Assembly (NCBI GenBank): GCA_913063225.1 | Contig: CAJXYP010000018.1 | Coordinates: forward strand, 501 to 64,500 | Direction: 5' to 3' | Length of the DNA: 64,000 nucleotides | Origin: an uncultured Cellvibrionales bacterium | GTDB lineage: Bacteria > Pseudomonadota > Gammaproteobacteria > Pseudomonadales > GM7GCV1 | Shown here: in pieces, positions 59,992 through 64,000 of the stretch | Position numbering within the stretch: the first letter of the stretch is position 1 | Layout: each line of letters opens with the position of its first letter | Notes under the pieces: generated by a model | The model's database searches: none | Seen by the model: only the letters and a program-made list of their open reading frames with translations | What the model was told of the DNA's origin: nothing | Translations under genes and position numbers: made by a program

Positions 59992-61304
59992 CCAAAGCCC
60001 CAAATAGAAAATTCCGGGTTCAGCCTGGTGGTTCCCTGTCGGGAAATTTTGATATTCCTGGTGATAAATCTATATCGCACAGATCCATTATGCTTGGCAG
60101 CTTGGCTGAGGGTAAAACTGAGGTTAGCGGATTTCTAGAAGGCGCTGATAGTTTGGCGACCTTGGCGGCGTTTAGGGATATGGGGGTTCAAATAACCGAC
60201 CCAGTTAACGGAGCGCTAACCATTGAAGGCGTTGGTTTGCATGGCCTCAAGCCTGCTCAGAAAGCTTTAGACGTTGGTAACTCAGGAACTTCTATGCGCT
60301 TGTTGGCCGGTATTTTATCCGGTCAATCTTTCGACTCAGTCCTTACTGGAGACCATTCGCTTTCTAAAAGACCGATGTCTCGCGTTGCTGCGCCCCTGTC
60401 GCTAATGGGCGCTCGGGTTGATACCGATGCGGGCGGCACTCCTCCGTTAAAAATTCAAGGCGGGAAAAACCTTGTTGGTATTGAATACCCGATGCCGATG
60501 GCCAGTGCTCAGGTTAAATCCTGCTTACTTTTGGCCGGCTTATATGCCCAAGGAGAAACGGCGGTTATTGAGCCCGGAGTGACTCGAGATCATACGGAAC
60601 GCATGCTGCGAGCTTTTGGTGTGGATGTGATTACTGAGGATTCTCGCGCTAGCCTAAAAAGTGGCCAAAGCCTTAAAGCGACCAAGATACAGGTCCCTGC
60701 GGATATATCCTCAGCTACCTTTTTTATGGTTGCTGCTGCCATCGCTAAGGATTCGGAGGTTTGCCTTCGTCGTGTGGGAATAAATCCGACCAGAGACGGA
60801 GTTATTCATATTTTGCGCCTTATGGGTGCCGATATTCAGTTGCAAAATCAAAGGCTACTTGGGGATGAACCGGTTGCAGATATTGTTGTCCGCTCCAGTC
60901 CTTTGCAGGGTATAGATATTCCTAAAGAGCTAGTACCTCTGGCGATTGATGAATTCCCTGCAGTATTTATTGCGGCTGCCTGTGCATCTGGAACTACTAG
61001 ATTGACTGGAGCCGAAGAGTTGCGAGTGAAGGAGACAGACCGTATTCAGGTAATGGCCAATGGGCTAAAGGTATTTGGTATCAAAACCAAGGTTTTGAAT
61101 GACGGTATTGAAATTACTGGCGGCCTAATCAAGGGCGGCAAAGTAGATTCCTGCGGGGATCACCGCACGGCCATGTCTTTTGCTATTGCTGGTTTACGCT
61201 CACAAAAACCGATTGAAATTTTAGACTGTGACAATGTGGCCACCTCTTTCCCCAACTTTGTCGAGCTGGCAGTAAAAGCCGGTTTGTCGGTCGAGGAAGT
61301 ATAG
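59988..61304 (+). CDS. aroA: 3-phosphoshikimate 1-carboxyvinyltransferase (EPSP synthase); its GTG start overlaps the tyrA stop (GTGA)
   Basis: …PGDKSISHRSIMLG…LDVGNSGTSMRLL…ELRVKETDRI…. Confidence 0.93.
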   Translation: MTKAPNRKFRVQPGGSLSGNFDIPGDKSISHRSIMLGSLAEGKTEVSGFLEGADSLATLAAFRDMGVQITDPVNGALTIEGVGLHGLKPAQKALDVGNSGTSMRLLAGILSGQSFDSVLTGDHSLSKRPMSRVAAPLSLMGARVDTDAGGTPPLKIQGGKNLVGIEYPMPMASAQVKSCLLLAGLYAQGETAVIEPGVTRDHTERMLRAFGVDVITEDSRASLKSGQSLKATKIQVPADISSATFFMVAAAIAKDSEVCLRRVGINPTRDGVIHILRLMGADIQLQNQRLLGDEPVADIVVRSSPLQGIDIPKELVPLAIDEFPAVFIAAACASGTTRLTGAEELRVKETDRIQVMANGLKVFGIKTKVLNDGIEITGGLIKGGKVDSCGDHRTAMSFAIAGLRSQKPIEILDCDNVATSFPNFVELAVKAGLSVEEV

Positions 61305-61305
61305 A

Positions 61306-61959
61306 ATGTCCGCAATTATCACCATTGATGGACCCGGTGGTTCGGGTAAGGGAACCGTTACCTGTTTAGTGGCAAAGCAGCTAGGTTTTCGATGTTTGGA
61401 TAGCGGTGCTCTGTATCGAATTTTGGCGCTGGATAGCATCAAGAATGGTATTGCGCTCGATAACGCTGACTTAATTTCCAAGAGTGCATCTTCTTTAGAC
61501 GTTGAGTTTTTTAACGGAAAGGTTTTGTTAAAAGGCGAAGATGTTACCGACGCAATTCGCGGAGAAGATATAGGCGAAGCCGCGTCAAAAATTGCCATAT
61601 ATTCGCTAGTTCGAGACGAGTTACTGCATTTTCAGAAGTCATTCGCAGTTGCTCCAGGCCTGGTCGCCGATGGCCGAGATATGGGAACTCAGGTTTTTCC
61701 TCAGGCTGAGCTAAAAATCTACCTAACCGCTAGCGCTGAAGAGCGCGCCAAAAGGCGCCATAAGCAGTTGATAGCCGCAGGACAAGGTGGTAGTCTGCGC
61801 GCCCTCGTGAAAGACATACAGGCTCGAGATCAGAGAGATATTGGTCGAGAAACTGCTCCACTTCGCCCAGCCGAAGATAGCATCCTTATAGATTCCACAG
61901 GAATGACCATTGAAGAAGTGGTCCAGAAGATTGTAAATTTATGGCACAAGGCTCCCTGA
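61306..61959 (+). CDS. cmk: Cytidylate kinase
   Basis: ITIDGPGGSGKGTV P-loop and the cmk-rpsA-ihfB arrangement. Confidence 0.93.
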   Translation: MSAIITIDGPGGSGKGTVTCLVAKQLGFRCLDSGALYRILALDSIKNGIALDNADLISKSASSLDVEFFNGKVLLKGEDVTDAIRGEDIGEAASKIAIYSLVRDELLHFQKSFAVAPGLVADGRDMGTQVFPQAELKIYLTASAEERAKRRHKQLIAAGQGGSLRALVKDIQARDQRDIGRETAPLRPAEDSILIDSTGMTIEEVVQKIVNLWHKAP

Positions 61960-62106
61960 TTAGTCTGAACCATATAGATGAAGACTGTACATTATTTTGC
62001 GCTCTGAATTAGCAGCCCAAACTGGCTAGTTTTTGAGCTTTTTTAACTAGACTATCCGTGGGCCGGATGGATGAGCAGGTAACTGCTCTTATATATAGGT
62101 AATCTA

Positions 62107-63789
62107 ATGAGCGAAAGCTTTGCTGAACTCTTTGAAGAGAGTTTAAAGTCCATAGACATGGCAACCGGTTCAATCGTAACCGGCGTAATAATCGACATCG
62201 ACAAAGATTGGGTAACTGTTCACGCAGGCCTTAAATCTGAAGGTGTTATCCCTAGAATTGAATTCCTCGACGATAGTGGAGAATTCAAAGCCGAAATTGG
62301 TGACGAGGTTCAGGTAGCCCTGGAATCTGTTGAAGATGGCTTTGGTGTGACTCGACTATCTCGTGAGAAAGCCCAACGTATTGAAACTTGGACTGCTCTT
62401 GAGAAATCTCAAGAAAATGACGAGATCGTTAGTGGCTTGATAACCGGTAAGGTCAAAGGTGGCTTTACGGTTGATATCAAAGGTGTTCGTGCATTCTTGC
62501 CCGGCTCTTTGGTTGATGTGCGCCCAACTCGTGAGACTACTCACCTGGAAGGCAAGCAAATCGAATTTAAACTCATCAAGCTTGACCAAAAACGCAACAA
62601 CGTTGTTGTTTCTCGTCGTGCAGTTCTTGAATCTGTTAACAGTGAAGAACGTGATGCGCTACTGGAATCTTTGGAAGAAGGTGCAGTGGTTAAAGGCGTA
62701 GTTAAAAATCTTACAGATTACGGCGCATTTGTTGACCTCGGCGGTATCGATGGTCTTTTGCATATTACTGATATGGCTTGGAGACGCATCAAACATCCTT
62801 CTGAGATGGTTGAAGTTGGTCAAGAAATGGATGTTCGCATTCTTAAGTTTGATAAAGAACGCAGCCGTGTATCTCTTGGGCTTAAGCAGCTTGGTGATGA
62901 TCCTTGGGTTAACGTTGTTGATCGTTATCCTGAAGGCGCTAAAACCAAGGCTAAGGTTACTAACCTTACAGATTACGGTTGTTTCGCTGAATTGGAAGAT
63001 GGTATTGAAGGTTTGGTTCACGTTTCTGAAATGGACTGGACTAACAAAAATGTACATCCGTCAAAAATCGTTCAATTGGGCGATGAAATAGAAGTGATGA
63101 TTCTGGATATAGATTCAGAGCGTCGCCGTGTATCTCTAGGTATCAAGCAGTGCACCATGAATCCTTGGGAATCTTTTGCAGTAGAGAACGTAAAAGGCGA
63201 CAAGATCACTGGCGCTATCAAGTCTATTACCGACTTCGGTATCTTCATTGGTCTGCCTGGCGGTATTGATGGATTGGTTCATCTTTCTGATCTTTCTTGG
63301 AGTGAATCCGGTGAAGATGCAGTTCGTTCCTTTACTAAAGGTGACGAAGTTGAAGCCATTATCTTGGCGATTGACGGTGAGCGTGAACGTATTTCTCTCG
63401 GTATCAAGCAAATGTCTGAAGATCCATATTCTGACTTCGTTGCTGCCAACGAGAAAGGTTCTATCGTTAAAGGTGTAGTTACTGAAGTTGATGCCAAAGG
63501 CGCAACTATCAACCTTGGTGACGATATCGAAGGTTACATCCGAGTTTCTGAATTGTCGCGAGATAAAGTTGAAGATGCATCTACTGTACTTAAAGTAGGT
63601 GACGAGTTAGAAGCTAAGGTAATCAACGTTGATCGTAAGAGCCGTCAATTGAGTCTATCTGTTCGCGCACGCGAAATGGATGATGAGAAAACAGCACTAC
63701 GTGAAATGCGTGAGCAGGAAGCTGCTCAAGCAGGTCCTTCTACCATTGGTGACCTGATCAAGGCCCAAATGGAAAGTAAAGAGAAGTAA
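62107..63789 (+). CDS. rpsA: 30S ribosomal protein S1
   Basis: 560 aa with six S1 repeats; starts [18 protein letters not shown]…. Confidence 0.97.
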   Translation: MSESFAELFEESLKSIDMATGSIVTGVIIDIDKDWVTVHAGLKSEGVIPRIEFLDDSGEFKAEIGDEVQVALESVEDGFGVTRLSREKAQRIETWTALEKSQENDEIVSGLITGKVKGGFTVDIKGVRAFLPGSLVDVRPTRETTHLEGKQIEFKLIKLDQKRNNVVVSRRAVLESVNSEERDALLESLEEGAVVKGVVKNLTDYGAFVDLGGIDGLLHITDMAWRRIKHPSEMVEVGQEMDVRILKFDKERSRVSLGLKQLGDDPWVNVVDRYPEGAKTKAKVTNLTDYGCFAELEDGIEGLVHVSEMDWTNKNVHPSKIVQLGDEIEVMILDIDSERRRVSLGIKQCTMNPWESFAVENVKGDKITGAIKSITDFGIFIGLPGGIDGLVHLSDLSWSESGEDAVRSFTKGDEVEAIILAIDGERERISLGIKQMSEDPYSDFVAANEKGSIVKGVVTEVDAKGATINLGDDIEGYIRVSELSRDKVEDASTVLKVGDELEAKVINVDRKSRQLSLSVRAREMDDEKTALREMREQEAAQAGPSTIGDLIKAQMESKEK

Positions 63790-63798
63790 GGGAATAAT

Positions 63799-63828
63799 CC
63801 CGAAGCGATAGTAAACTGTCGCTTCGGG
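63799..63828 (+). terminator. 10-bp perfect hairpin after rpsA (attenuator/terminator; no T-run)
   Basis: cccgaagcga (63799-63808) pairs with tcgcttcggg (63819-63828). Confidence 0.45.
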
Positions 63829-63852
63829 AATCTCTCTGATAGAGTATTGATA

Positions 63853-64000
63853 ATGACCAAATCTGAACTGATTGACCGTATTTCCTCTAGCCAAGATCAC
63901 TTGCCGCCTAAGGATGTTGAAGCGGCGATTAAACTGATTCTTGAACATATGTCTGAGCACCTGGCAGTGAATAACCGCATTGAGATACGGGGATTTGGAA
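63853..64000 (+). CDS. ihfB: Integration host factor subunit beta (3' end lies outside the window)
   Basis: [49 protein letters not shown] is a canonical IHF-beta N-terminus downstream of rpsA. Confidence 0.93.
   Translation, partial: MTKSELIDRISSSQDHLPPKDVEAAIKLILEHMSEHLAVNNRIEIRGFG

Overview
A 64-kb chromosomal segment of a gammaproteobacterium. Gene order resembles Pseudomonas and marine Cellvibrionales-type genomes. Most of the window is densely packed core housekeeping DNA. The main blocks are: infB(partial)-rbfA-truB-rpsO-pnp; the panB/folK/pcnB/gluQ/dksA cluster; sfsA; metH; nfuA; nagZ/MscS/MTAP-type phosphorylase/mfd; a long-form GAPDH; the complete Na+-NQR operon nqrABCDEF plus nqrM; lolCDE; comEC; gyrA; pheA-tyrA-aroA-cmk-rpsA-ihfB(partial). 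I found no rRNA gene, intact tRNA gene, CRISPR array, transposase or integrase. The exception to the core character is an accessory stretch at about 15.4-22.7 kb. Eight same-orientation, decayed copies of a sequence matching the 3' half of tRNA-Phe(GAA) (anticodon stem-loop, variable loop, T-arm) divide it into seven small modules. The modules hold unrelated genes on both strands: an MFS transporter, a GlxA/AraC regulator plus a small protein, an orphan 146-aa protein, a DUF418 membrane protein, an orphan ABC ATPase, a cbpM fragment and a ricin-type lectin. Three copies carry an extra conserved ~90-nt 5' arm with 10-bp-phased iterons. This looks like a relic array of att sites from repeated site-specific capture of tiny, integrase-less elements, and it is the most interesting structure here. 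Other points worth a second look are listed below.
- comEC is split by a frameshift at a C8 homopolymer.
- A YfcH-like epimerase has its conserved N-terminus reachable only from an ATT codon.
- PNPase and GyrA carry acidic low-complexity C-terminal tails.
- apbE is absent between nqrF and nqrM, and the nqrA-nqrB spacer is unusually long.
- An HEXXH lipoprotein is paired with a second lipoprotein.
All calls come from reading the sequence and the supplied ORF translations by eye. No searches were run.
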